In this document: one piece after another, positions 12,738 to 21,775 of the stretch
Position numbering within the stretch: the first letter of the stretch is position 1
Layout of the letters: each line of letters opens with the position of its first letter
Assembly: GCA_051532035.1 (NCBI GenBank)
Contig: JAOPTW010000053.1
Coordinates: forward strand, 1-28,649
Origin: Fibrobacterales bacterium
GTDB taxonomy: Bacteria; Fibrobacterota; Fibrobacteria; Fibrobacterales; JAOPTW01
Direction: 5' to 3'
Length of the DNA stretch: 28,649 nt
Translations under genes and position numbers: made by a program
Notes under the pieces: model-generated
Databases searched by the model: none
What the model saw: only the letters and a program-made list of their open reading frames with translations
What the model was told of the DNA's origin: nothing

Positions 12738-13739
12738 ATGCAAACGATACTTATAGTAGATGATCAGAGTGAAAATATCGATTTCTTAAGAGGAGTTCTC
12801 TCTAATCACTATAAGTGTAAAGCAGCACCTGGCGGTAAGGCTGCAATTAAAATAATGCAACTCAAAGAAAAACCGGACCTCGTACTTCTCGATCTTTCAA
12901 TGCCCGATATCGATGGATTGACGGTTACACGAATGCTCAAAAAGGACCCGACAACTCGTGACATACCCATTATTTTTGTCACATCCCATACGGATGAAAA
13001 ACATATTACTCAAGGATTTGAGGCGGGTGGGGTTGACTACATAACAAAGCCTTTTAACCCTCGAGAGTTAATTGCTCGTATTGAGACCCATCTTACTATT
13101 GTAGGGCAAAAGCAACAGATGCAGCTCATTGCGGAGCAACTGGGAAAGTATATGTCTCCAGAAGTATATAGTTCAATATTTACTGGTGCACGCTCTGTAG
13201 TCCTTGGTTCAGCAACCAAAAATTTAACAGTATTCTTTAGTGACATTGTAAATTTTTCGGGTACCGTTGAGAGTATGAATCACGAAGAACTCACTCATTG
13301 GCTTAATCGCTACCTCAATGCTATGGCCGAACTCACTATAGAGTTTGGGGGCACCCTTGATAAGTTTATTGGCGATGCGGTTATGGTGTTTTTTGGAGAT
13401 CCGCGAACAAAGGGAGAAACAGAAGATGCGTTACTATGTTTACGGATGGCTAAACGAATGATTGAAGTCTCTGGTGAAATGGGGATTGATATTCGCATTG
13501 GTATTAATAGTGGTAGCTGTACCATTGGTAATTTCGGTTCTGAAAACCGTATGGATTACAGTATTTTGGGTAATGAAGTGAATGTAGCTGCCCGCCTTGA
13601 AAGTAATTCTGAGCCGGGGCGCATTCTTATATCAGAGTCAACCTGGGAAATGGTAAAAGGTGAGATTAATTGTATTGAGCGAGGTGAGATAACCGTAAAA
13701 AATATTAAGCAATCGATCAGAACCTTTTGGGCAGAGTAA
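12738..13739 (+). CDS. Response regulator with class III adenylate cyclase output domain (REC-CHD)
   Basis: REC: IVDD..LLDLSMP..FVTS..ITKP. Cyclase: FFSDIVNFS, DKFIGDAVM, RIGINSG, RMDYSILGNEVNVAARLE. Both metal-binding Asp, the substrate-specifying Lys/Asp pair and the transition-state Asn/Arg are present. Starts 2 nt after the HK3 stop. Confidence 0.93.
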   Translation: MQTILIVDDQSENIDFLRGVLSNHYKCKAAPGGKAAIKIMQLKEKPDLVLLDLSMPDIDGLTVTRMLKKDPTTRDIPIIFVTSHTDEKHITQGFEAGGVDYITKPFNPRELIARIETHLTIVGQKQQMQLIAEQLGKYMSPEVYSSIFTGARSVVLGSATKNLTVFFSDIVNFSGTVESMNHEELTHWLNRYLNAMAELTIEFGGTLDKFIGDAVMVFFGDPRTKGETEDALLCLRMAKRMIEVSGEMGIDIRIGINSGSCTIGNFGSENRMDYSILGNEVNVAARLESNSEPGRILISESTWEMVKGEINCIERGEITVKNIKQSIRTFWAE

Positions 13740-13858
13740 TATTTCTGATAATGAAATGTAGTTTCGGCTGAGTCTCTATAGATTTAGAAGATGATGTATC
13801 AAATACTGTATCCGGGAAATCTTAAAGACCGTTACCGTTACTCAAATCATAGATATGT

Positions 13859-16471
13859 TTATCGAGACACAGGAGGATCTATAGTAACCATATTACTCCA
13901 TGCAGTAACCTCCTTAGCCCCACCGGTACAGATTACCTCGGCAAAAAGCGGAAAACCCTCATCATCCTTTGTAACCGTGTATGACGTTCCCGAACCGACT
14001 TGTACATATGACTCTCTCATCCAATAAGCTTTGGTTGATACAGTGTTATCAACGTCTTCGCAGACACCCTTATCTACAATTAGTTCATCTCCTGGTACTA
14101 CCGTTCCATTTCTATTGAGTGATGGTTTGGTGGTAAATACAGTAGGATCATCAACGGCGACAATGAAAATTGAAATGTTGAGTTCTTGTACTTGGTCGCC
14201 ATCGGTTATTGTTATAGTAAAGGCGTCAGGGCCGGATATATTGAGGTATGGTGTATATATAAGTTGGATAGCGTCAGCTGCCCCGAGTCCGGTGATTGTT
14301 CCAAGGGCTGGTTCGTGCCCCAGTTCAATAGACCAGACCACTGGGGTGACATCTGCATCTGTCACACTAAGGTCTAAGCTTAGTACATCGTCTTCTGGCA
14401 AAGCGAGTGGGTCAAGGTTAGGGTTTCCATTAAATACAAAGGGCTCATTCTCATCAATAAGAGGGATTATTACCCATCCAGTAGTTGAGGCCAGCTTGTC
14501 GGCTACCTCTACTTGAAGAGAGCAAATTGGGAGTGTTTCAAAGTCTAATAGTGCATTGGTACTGAGGCCCCCTGTTTGGCTTAGGGTGAAGTATGCTTGT
14601 GCATTACCTCCCACAATCGAGAAGGTTTGAGCATCGCCGTCTTGATCGTCTGCGACCAATGTAACAAGATCTGATCCAACGAATTTATTTTCGCTAATAC
14701 TGAATTCATGTGATCTGAGTATAGGGGGAGTGTTGATAACCTGTATTTCGACACTATCGATACTAGTATTTCCATCGTCATCCTCAGCCCTAATGAGGTA
14801 AGTATAGGTGCCGATAACACCCATACTTTGGATAGTGATGACTGTGTCGGTCCCAAGATCACTCCAATAGTTCCCATGAGAGGGTTTAAAGAAATAGGTG
14901 ACAACTGAACCGTATTGGTCAGTAGCCTGCCAATGTATATTAATGTCATCAGACACTCCTAGAGTACTATCCTCTGCAGAAACACTTATGATAGGAGCAT
15001 CTTGGAGTACGTTCATTGTGAGGGAATCGATATATGTATTGCTGTCAGAGTCGGTAACTCTTACATAGATAGGGTAGGCAGGATTTGCTGTATCTGGAAG
15101 GGTAAGGGTGTAAGTAGAATCAGATTGAACAGAGTATGAACCATTACCATCGCGCCACTCAACTTTTGAAATACTGCCTCCTCTGAGGGAATCACCCATT
15201 TGACTTGTTACCGTGATACCATCTTTGATTGATGCATTTGCTATTGGGTCAATAGTGGCCCAAGGGAGTGAATTCATTGAGGAAAATCCAGCAATATGTA
15301 CGGAATATGAAAGGGTACTGAATGATTTTTCTTTAAAACCGGTCAGACGGCTTTGAGTATCATAAACAAGAACCTGAGCTAAAAATGTGGTTCCTGTTGA
15401 GGTATCCAGAGTTACATGGCCTGAGTATTCAGAAAGTTCAGTATCAAATGCAGTGCTCACGGTAATAGTAGAGTCAAGAGATGTACCCGTAATGAGAATG
15501 GTTACTATACGAGTAGAGTCAATATCACCAGTGAGTGTACCGAGAAATGAAAAGGTAACCGGTGGTTCTATTACTGGGGTCGTTTCAGTTGAACTTACTG
15601 TAGAGGAACCAGCTACTGACGATGAAGAACTTACTGCAGAAGAGACCGCTACTGAAGATGACGCACTTAAAGCGGAGGAGGATAATAGTGTAGTATTAGA
15701 AGAGAGAATGGCTGTTGAGGAATAGGGTATCTCTCCAGATGATGAGGGCGGGTTTGTGGTCATATTTTCTGAAGAGGATGATACAATTACATTGCGATCG
15801 GCAATTAAATACACGATGGCGTCTAGATCAATATTGAGCATCTGTATTAATACGGTGTTGGCATAGAGGGTGTTTCGGCCATCGAGGGTGTCAAGCAAAG
15901 AATTGAGGAGTGTGGCTGAATCACTGGTGGGACGTTCAAGGTATGCATCAAACAGCGTGCGAGGCTCGCTGGAGTCTCCATCGATGATCCCGGCTATAAA
16001 GAGTGAATCGAACAGTAAACTGTCCTGAGTTGGCTCCTGAGTTCTGAGTGAGTCATAGCGTTGGAGAGTTGTGATAATTAACGGCTTAACTCCGCCTATT
16101 TTGGAGACAGATTTGTCGGTTATATTGAATTGAGAAGTTTTATGGATAATAACAATATCGTTATTATAACAGTTGTAGGATATGTAAATTGCTTGGGATT
16201 GAGTTGCGTTAATTGTAAAATCAACAACTATCTGTTGAGTAGAGTCAGAGGTAGAATCATTACCGCTATATGAGATTGTAAAATCGTCAGGTAATAGGGT
16301 GCTATGAGTGGTATCCATACCAACACTGGTAGTTATTGCAATACTATCGACAGTGAGCGCGGACTGGTTATCAATAGTGATGACATATCCTCTTGAGTGA
16401 GTAGTGATGTCGGGACTACAGCCACTGATAAGAATGGCAAAAAATGTCACTGCAAGAAGTAAAAATCCCAT
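13859..16471 (-). CDS. Surface lipoprotein with Ser-rich linker and cadherin-like / Ig-like domains (putative adhesin)
   Basis: Lipobox ISG-C at residue 18 and a poly-Ser linker (SSSSVAVSSAVSSSSS). Cadherin motifs NTPP..SISEN..DQDGD..LDFET..IDENEP. Big_9-like repeat PEDD..TDAD..YTPYLNISGPDAFTITITDG..AVDD. C-terminal Ig-like domain (SYTVTKDDEG). Confidence 0.85.
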   Translation of the reverse strand: MGFLLLAVTFFAILISGCSPDITTHSRGYVITIDNQSALTVDSIAITTSVGMDTTHSTLLPDDFTISYSGNDSTSDSTQQIVVDFTINATQSQAIYISYNCYNNDIVIIHKTSQFNITDKSVSKIGGVKPLIITTLQRYDSLRTQEPTQDSLLFDSLFIAGIIDGDSSEPRTLFDAYLERPTSDSATLLNSLLDTLDGRNTLYANTVLIQMLNIDLDAIVYLIADRNVIVSSSSENMTTNPPSSSGEIPYSSTAILSSNTTLLSSSALSASSSVAVSSAVSSSSSVAGSSTVSSTETTPVIEPPVTFSFLGTLTGDIDSTRIVTILITGTSLDSTITVSTAFDTELSEYSGHVTLDTSTGTTFLAQVLVYDTQSRLTGFKEKSFSTLSYSVHIAGFSSMNSLPWATIDPIANASIKDGITVTSQMGDSLRGGSISKVEWRDGNGSYSVQSDSTYTLTLPDTANPAYPIYVRVTDSDSNTYIDSLTMNVLQDAPIISVSAEDSTLGVSDDINIHWQATDQYGSVVTYFFKPSHGNYWSDLGTDTVITIQSMGVIGTYTYLIRAEDDDGNTSIDSVEIQVINTPPILRSHEFSISENKFVGSDLVTLVADDQDGDAQTFSIVGGNAQAYFTLSQTGGLSTNALLDFETLPICSLQVEVADKLASTTGWVIIPLIDENEPFVFNGNPNLDPLALPEDDVLSLDLSVTDADVTPVVWSIELGHEPALGTITGLGAADAIQLIYTPYLNISGPDAFTITITDGDQVQELNISIFIVAVDDPTVFTTKPSLNRNGTVVPGDELIVDKGVCEDVDNTVSTKAYWMRESYVQVGSGTSYTVTKDDEGFPLFAEVICTGGAKEVTAWSNMVTIDPPVSR

Positions 16472-16479
16472 TGAGTATT

Positions 16480-16484
16480 CTCCT
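16480..16484 (-). promoter_or_regulatory. Shine-Dalgarno site of the lipoprotein gene
   Basis: The minus strand reads caatAGGAGaatactcaATG, an 8-nt spacing. Confidence 0.7.
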
Positions 16485-16623
16485 ATTGTATCTGAACAGT
16501 AATACTAGGAAATGAGATGTCTAAATTCTTAATTGTGAAGATAAAAACACAAAGTAGTATGAATGTAAAAGTAGTTTTACGTATTGTTGCACATATTCAC
16601 ACCAAACCTGAAAAATGGCATTT

Positions 16624-19329
16624 TCATGATCTTAGAATAACTGTATTAATTTTATCGATAAGTTCGTTTTGAGAAAAGGGCTTTTGAATCATCCCTTTGG
16701 CCCCTTCTTTAAGGAGAAACCTCACATCATCATTGATACTGTAGCCAGAAGCAATGAGTACTAATATGTCGGGGTTAATGGCTTTTAGTGCAAAAAAAGT
16801 GTCTTTACCGCTTAAGTTTGGCATTATTAGGTCAAGCAGAACAAAATCAATTTCTTTATATAAATGGGTGTATTTTTCTATCGCAACTTTGCCGTCTTCG
16901 CATGCTATAACTGTATAACCACAATCTTCAAGTATATAAGTATTTACCTCGCGAACCATTTCATCATCGTCAACTAATAGAATGGTGCCTGATTTTTGTA
17001 CAATAGTTTTTGAAGGTATAGAGTGCTGATTACTAGGACTATTGGTCTTATTAATAGGTAAATATATGGTGAAGGTTGTACCTTTCCCTTCTTCGCTATT
17101 TACAGCGACACCCCCCTTATGATTTTTAATAGTACCATATACAGCCGCAAGTCCCATTCCTGTACCCTCTCCTTCATTTTTTGTGGTAAAGAAGGGTTCA
17201 AATATTTTCTCTTGAATATTCTGAGGTATTCCTACTCCTGTATCTGTAATGGTGATTTGTATACATTCCTGTTTCTCTAGTGTGTTAGTTGTTTCTGTAT
17301 TTTCAAGGATACCATTTTTTGTTGTGTAAGAAAGAGTCCCTACGCCGTGCATAGCATCACGAGCATTCAATGAAATGTTTAATAATGCATTTTGCAGTTG
17401 AGATGAATCACCAATAGTAATAGAATATTCTGCACCTAGGTTTTGTTCTATCGTTATTCTTTTGTCAATACTATGTTCTAATAAATGGGAAACTTCATTG
17501 ATGATTAAATGTAAATCAACTTGTTCAAATTGGTTCTTTCCTTTCCTGGCATAAGCCAGAAGTTGGCTGGTTAAGTCGGATGAACGCTGAATGGATTTGA
17601 TTATTTTTTCAGTAAACTCTGCCGCCTTGGGTATCGTTTCGCGTGTTGCCTTGTGGATGAGTTCAGTGTAACCTAATATTCCGGCAAGTTGATTGTTGAA
17701 ATCGTGGGCAATACCACCAGCAAGTTGTCCAATAGCCTCTAGTTTCTCAGATTGGATTAATCGGTCTTCAAGTTTTTTCCTTTCATCTACATCTCGAACT
17801 ACTGCAAGTAGATATTCCTCACCAGTGATGTTTACTTTTTTTAACGCTACCTCGCACCAAAATGTTTCTTTATTTTTCTTCATTGCTTGCCATTCGAATA
17901 ACTGAGATTTACCGTTGAGTGCAGCTGATATTTTAATTCTTGCTTCAACTATTGTATAAGGGGGGATATCTGAGCTTATCTGATCAACAGTCATTCCTAT
18001 GGTTTCGTCGATGGTGTAGCCATACATTTTTTCAACAGACAGGTTGGTACGAATGATTTTGCCGGTATTTTTATCAAGAACAAACATGACATCAGAAGAT
18101 GCATTGTAGATTTCTCGAAAATATTCCTCACTAATTTTTAATGCATTTTCGGTATTACGGCGTACATCAATTTCATCATTTAATTGAATATTTAGGCCTT
18201 TTAAATCTGTTGTTCTTTCAGCAACACGTTGTTCCAAAAGGAGTGTAGATTTTTTCTTTAATTGATACGCTCGAAATAAAACATACCCTAATCCGATGGT
18301 CATAATGAGTAATATTGCTGCCAAATAGAGGACTATATTTTGGGTATATATTCTTGATTTCTGAATTCCCAATGTTTTCACCTGGGAGTCAAGCACCTTT
18401 TCTTTAGCAGTGAGTAGTACTCGGTTTTTGGCTATTTCATCAGTCAGGCTTTGTAGTTGGATAACCTTGTCACGTATGTGCTTAGTTTGTTTGTCAGCAT
18501 GAGCAATAAGCGTGTCGTATCGTGCTCTTTGTTCTTGTAAATCAATAGATTTTTGATGTAAGTCAGTATTTTGTAATGCAATATCAAATGTGAGTTTTTT
18601 AAATACTTCTTCTTGTAGGCCGATTTCTGTTTTTTGATTTTTAATTCTTCTATCGTAATCCTGTACTCTTTTATTGAAATCTTTAACGACAGTATTAGCT
18701 TTATCTATTTCATTTTCAAGCTCTCTTAATATCTGGGCCTGAGATCGTACCTTTTCTTTTTCAATACCAAGATCTGAACGCATTTTTACAAAGAGCTCAC
18801 GCACATCTACTTCAGTTCCCCCAAGTAATAAAAGGTTGGGGTCGATGGTAAAGCCTTCGAGTATTAAGTTTGCTCTATTTACCTGAAAAGAATAGACTTC
18901 CTTGTTTGTATTATACATTAGATTGAGCATGATAAATCTTTCGTCATTACTCTCCTCAGTAATCAAGAGAATATTTTTTTTTGCTATTTGTTTCCAAATA
19001 TTTTCGATAGACTTCGAATTGTTTTTGTCTACATACAGCAATTGAACTTCTGGTATAGGTCCATTTGGTGATACGTGTATCACCTCAATATTCCTTCCTT
19101 TTAACTTTGAATCAGCCGCATAGGACTGAAGTTCAGAGAACTGTTTTATATCATCGCCAATAAAACCTGTTGTATACACTGATTGGCTTTTTTGATTTGC
19201 CCACGTTATATGCTCGGCTAATTTAAAGGTAATAAGTGTTTTGATTTCCTCTTTTGATTCACCACCAAAACTAATAGTTTGAAAGCAAACTAAAAACATA
19301 CACCACTTAATTATCCAGCTTCTACACAT
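16624..19329 (-). CDS. Hybrid histidine kinase: signal peptide, YfiR/HmsC (DUF4154)-like domain, long coiled coil, TM, PAS, HisKA, HATPase, REC
   Basis: YfiR-like pattern EEIKTLITFKLAEHITW..GFIGDD..LKGRNIEV..ILLITE..FQVNRANL..GFTIDPNLLLL. Heptad-rich Q/E/K segment, then TM IVLYLAAILLIMTIGLGYVLF. H-box LAGGIAHDFNN, plus NARDAM, DTGVGI, FEPFFTTK, GTGMGL. REC LVDDD..LLDLIMP..QKP. Confidence 0.92.
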   Translation of the reverse strand: MCRSWIIKWCMFLVCFQTISFGGESKEEIKTLITFKLAEHITWANQKSQSVYTTGFIGDDIKQFSELQSYAADSKLKGRNIEVIHVSPNGPIPEVQLLYVDKNNSKSIENIWKQIAKKNILLITEESNDERFIMLNLMYNTNKEVYSFQVNRANLILEGFTIDPNLLLLGGTEVDVRELFVKMRSDLGIEKEKVRSQAQILRELENEIDKANTVVKDFNKRVQDYDRRIKNQKTEIGLQEEVFKKLTFDIALQNTDLHQKSIDLQEQRARYDTLIAHADKQTKHIRDKVIQLQSLTDEIAKNRVLLTAKEKVLDSQVKTLGIQKSRIYTQNIVLYLAAILLIMTIGLGYVLFRAYQLKKKSTLLLEQRVAERTTDLKGLNIQLNDEIDVRRNTENALKISEEYFREIYNASSDVMFVLDKNTGKIIRTNLSVEKMYGYTIDETIGMTVDQISSDIPPYTIVEARIKISAALNGKSQLFEWQAMKKNKETFWCEVALKKVNITGEEYLLAVVRDVDERKKLEDRLIQSEKLEAIGQLAGGIAHDFNNQLAGILGYTELIHKATRETIPKAAEFTEKIIKSIQRSSDLTSQLLAYARKGKNQFEQVDLHLIINEVSHLLEHSIDKRITIEQNLGAEYSITIGDSSQLQNALLNISLNARDAMHGVGTLSYTTKNGILENTETTNTLEKQECIQITITDTGVGIPQNIQEKIFEPFFTTKNEGEGTGMGLAAVYGTIKNHKGGVAVNSEEGKGTTFTIYLPINKTNSPSNQHSIPSKTIVQKSGTILLVDDDEMVREVNTYILEDCGYTVIACEDGKVAIEKYTHLYKEIDFVLLDLIMPNLSGKDTFFALKAINPDILVLIASGYSINDDVRFLLKEGAKGMIQKPFSQNELIDKINTVILRS

Positions 19330-19402
19330 AGTATCTACTCTATGACTACCTTATTGTAAACCTGTTTTGAAAAATACCCCATCACTCGTCTTTTAAATAG
19401 TT

Positions 19403-21592
19403 TTAAAATGAATAGGTTACATTCATCATGTAATTTCTTAATGGTTGAGGTACATGAGGGATTCTCCAGCTGTCTCCTCTTTCTTCAACGTGATACTGTT
19501 TATTGTTGAGGACATTTTCAACTTTTAAACTGAGCTCTATTCCTGTTATAATCTCATAAATACTCAGGTGTAAATCAACATCATACACGTCCGAAAGTTT
19601 ATCTCCTTGATACAATGTGTTAGAGGCATTGGTCTTTAGTGCGCCAATGTAATGGGTGTTACAGTGAATGCCAATATGGGTGGTTGGTAAATAGGTTACT
19701 CCAATATTTCCTTTATGAGTAGAAACCTGTACTAGGGCATCATCACTAAACGAGTTGTTGCCACTATTGTATTTACTCTCTGTTCCTTTTAAGAAGGAAT
19801 ACCAGCCTCTCAATTTGAGCTTATTATCAAACAGTACAGCATTTAAGATTAGGTCACCTCCATAGGATGTTTGAGATTCTACATTGCGATATTGCCAGGT
19901 TTCAAAACCAATACTGTCTGTAATAGACGTTTCAGTACTATCAATAACGTCTATTAAAAATATTTTGACAATTTCACTCGCTTTGTTATAAAATAGATTC
20001 GTGGTTAGAGAGAATGTTTCTGACAATTGATACTGTATACTGACCTCTTCTGTAGAAATAAGCTGAGGTTTGAGGTTCGGGTTTTGTATAGTAATAGCAG
20101 TGGAAGTAGGATTCACAAAATACATGTCTTTGATAGAAGGAGCGAGATAGGCTTGACCATGCATAGCTTTAATAGTTAATTGTTGTAATGGGGTGAAAAT
20201 CAATGCAAGTCGTGGTGTGAGTGTTTCCTTGTAATGGGTATTGTAATCGATTCTTCCACCCGCAACCATTTTTACCCAATGAAGAGGTTTCCAGGCGCCC
20301 TGAGCAAATAATCCATAGTTTTGGAAGTTATAAGAATCTTCTGTGATTCTATCTCTGGGATTTATTTGAGTGTCGTAGTTTGCTGATTGGGGGACTGCAG
20401 TTATATCTTCTGCAATTCCTCCAAAATTGAAAATAATATTGTGTGAATAATGATAAATTAATTGCTGTTCTAATTTCAAAGAAGCATCATAGGAGTTGAA
20501 AAACTTTTTGCGGCCCGGCATATCTGTGGGGTAATCAATGTAATTAAATCCATAGTCTTCTCCTCTCAGCTCCTGCATATAGGTGAGAATAGTTTTGGAT
20601 TCTATACTAGAGCTAATGGTAGTAATAAATTTTGCGTAGCCATGATATTGTCTTGTTTGAATGGGGGAGAGGTGGTTAACAAAATAGTGTTCGGGGTTGT
20701 GAGGAAGGCTATTAACCTCTTTAAGTTCATTGATCATTCCCCCGATGGTAAACTGTTTCCATTGATATTCTGCATGAATATTGTAATCTCTTACTTGTGC
20801 ATTGGTCTCCATATCCTCTTTATCAAATCTTTGTTGCCAATCAGGGATTTTAGTCTTCCAGTTATCTACAGGAGTGGTATATAAATCAGGGTATTCTTCA
20901 TATCGGTTTTGCCCTTCGGAATAAAATCCTCTGCCCGAGACAAAGAATCTCCCCAGGCTATTCTCATGGGAAACTACAAACGCAGGATCTATTGTTTGAT
21001 ACGACCCGGCTCCTATTTGCACTTTCTTGTACGGTGTTTTTTTTGACTTTAAATTAATGAGTCCAGAATAAGTGTCTCTACCATAGATTACTGAAGCGGG
21101 ACCTATTACAATTTCTATTTGTTCAATGTCATGGAGAGGAATGTTGTTTCCCCAAGTTAGTGGGGTTCCTGATGGGTTATTCAGTTGTATACCATCTTTA
21201 AACACTGGGATTTTGCTATTGCCTACAATTCCTCTCACTCTCACAAAGGTCATTTCAACATTTCCGGAGTTGCCAGTATATCCAACCCCGGGTAAGTCGT
21301 TTAAAACATCCTTCAAGTCTCTATACCCTCTGAGTTTGATATCTGTTTCGCTAATAATATAGACGGTGCCTGTTGCCTCTCGCTTTACCTCTTCATATTT
21401 ACTAATAGTAACTTTCAGCTGTAGTAGTTGTTCCAGAGTAAGGTGAGTCAATTTCTTTGTATAGGTATATGTCGTATTGGGGGTCAATAATACACCCAAA
21501 CAAATCACGAGAAAGGAACACTGAATAAGGGCTCGCGCAAGTATAGTGGTTAACACTTTGTGTTTGTTTGAGTGCCTTATTTTAGTTCCCAC
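19403..21592 (-). CDS. TonB-dependent outer-membrane receptor
   Basis: Plug motifs VYIISETDIKLRGYRDLKDVLNDLPGV, VRVRG, IEQIEIVIGPASVIYGRD..GLINL. Barrel motifs GGRIDY, PRLALIF, NPNLKPQ, VENVLN, C-terminal VTYSF. N-terminal LTLEQLLQLKVT motif. GTG start is uncertain. Confidence 0.93.
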   Translation of the reverse strand: MGTKIRHSNKHKVLTTILARALIQCSFLVICLGVLLTPNTTYTYTKKLTHLTLEQLLQLKVTISKYEEVKREATGTVYIISETDIKLRGYRDLKDVLNDLPGVGYTGNSGNVEMTFVRVRGIVGNSKIPVFKDGIQLNNPSGTPLTWGNNIPLHDIEQIEIVIGPASVIYGRDTYSGLINLKSKKTPYKKVQIGAGSYQTIDPAFVVSHENSLGRFFVSGRGFYSEGQNRYEEYPDLYTTPVDNWKTKIPDWQQRFDKEDMETNAQVRDYNIHAEYQWKQFTIGGMINELKEVNSLPHNPEHYFVNHLSPIQTRQYHGYAKFITTISSSIESKTILTYMQELRGEDYGFNYIDYPTDMPGRKKFFNSYDASLKLEQQLIYHYSHNIIFNFGGIAEDITAVPQSANYDTQINPRDRITEDSYNFQNYGLFAQGAWKPLHWVKMVAGGRIDYNTHYKETLTPRLALIFTPLQQLTIKAMHGQAYLAPSIKDMYFVNPTSTAITIQNPNLKPQLISTEEVSIQYQLSETFSLTTNLFYNKASEIVKIFLIDVIDSTETSITDSIGFETWQYRNVESQTSYGGDLILNAVLFDNKLKLRGWYSFLKGTESKYNSGNNSFSDDALVQVSTHKGNIGVTYLPTTHIGIHCNTHYIGALKTNASNTLYQGDKLSDVYDVDLHLSIYEIITGIELSLKVENVLNNKQYHVEERGDSWRIPHVPQPLRNYMMNVTYSF

Positions 21593-21775
21593 TTCACTAG
21601 TCTCTTGAAAATGTCTATTCTATTATTTTATGACTAATATATAGATTTTTCAAGAAAATTAATAGTAAGCATAATGTATCTATCTAAATAAAAACGCTAT
21701 AATAACACTATCGATAAAGAATTAAGGAGTGTTTTTGAGTATTATAGGGGTTAATTTAGAGGACGGTATATCCTG

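Noticed and set aside
12738..13739. Cyclase as a Pycsar or other anti-phage nucleotide-signalling system
   Set aside because: It is REC-fused with ATP-type specificity residues, lies in a kinase operon, and has no adjacent cNMP-binding TM/TIR effector.
13740..13858. Bidirectional terminator between the convergent genes
   Set aside because: Only weak 5-bp AT-rich stems; no convincing GC hairpin with a U-tract.
13791..14516. Short + strand ORFs (78, 161 and 63 aa) after the cyclase
   Set aside because: They overlap the well-supported minus-strand lipoprotein and have no recognisable motifs.
15387..15725. 112-aa + strand ORF with acidic TAEE/TDDEE repeats
   Set aside because: It is the antisense reading of the poly-Ser linker of the 16471-13859 lipoprotein.
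16565..16580. GTAAAA-GTAG-TTTTAC hairpin between the kinase and lipoprotein genes
   Set aside because: A six-bp AT-rich stem is expected by chance at this base composition.
21593..21775. Cobalamin or TPP riboswitch, or Fur box, upstream of the TBDR
   Set aside because: No recognisable conserved riboswitch core or convincing GATAATGATAATCATTATC match in this short AT-rich spacer.
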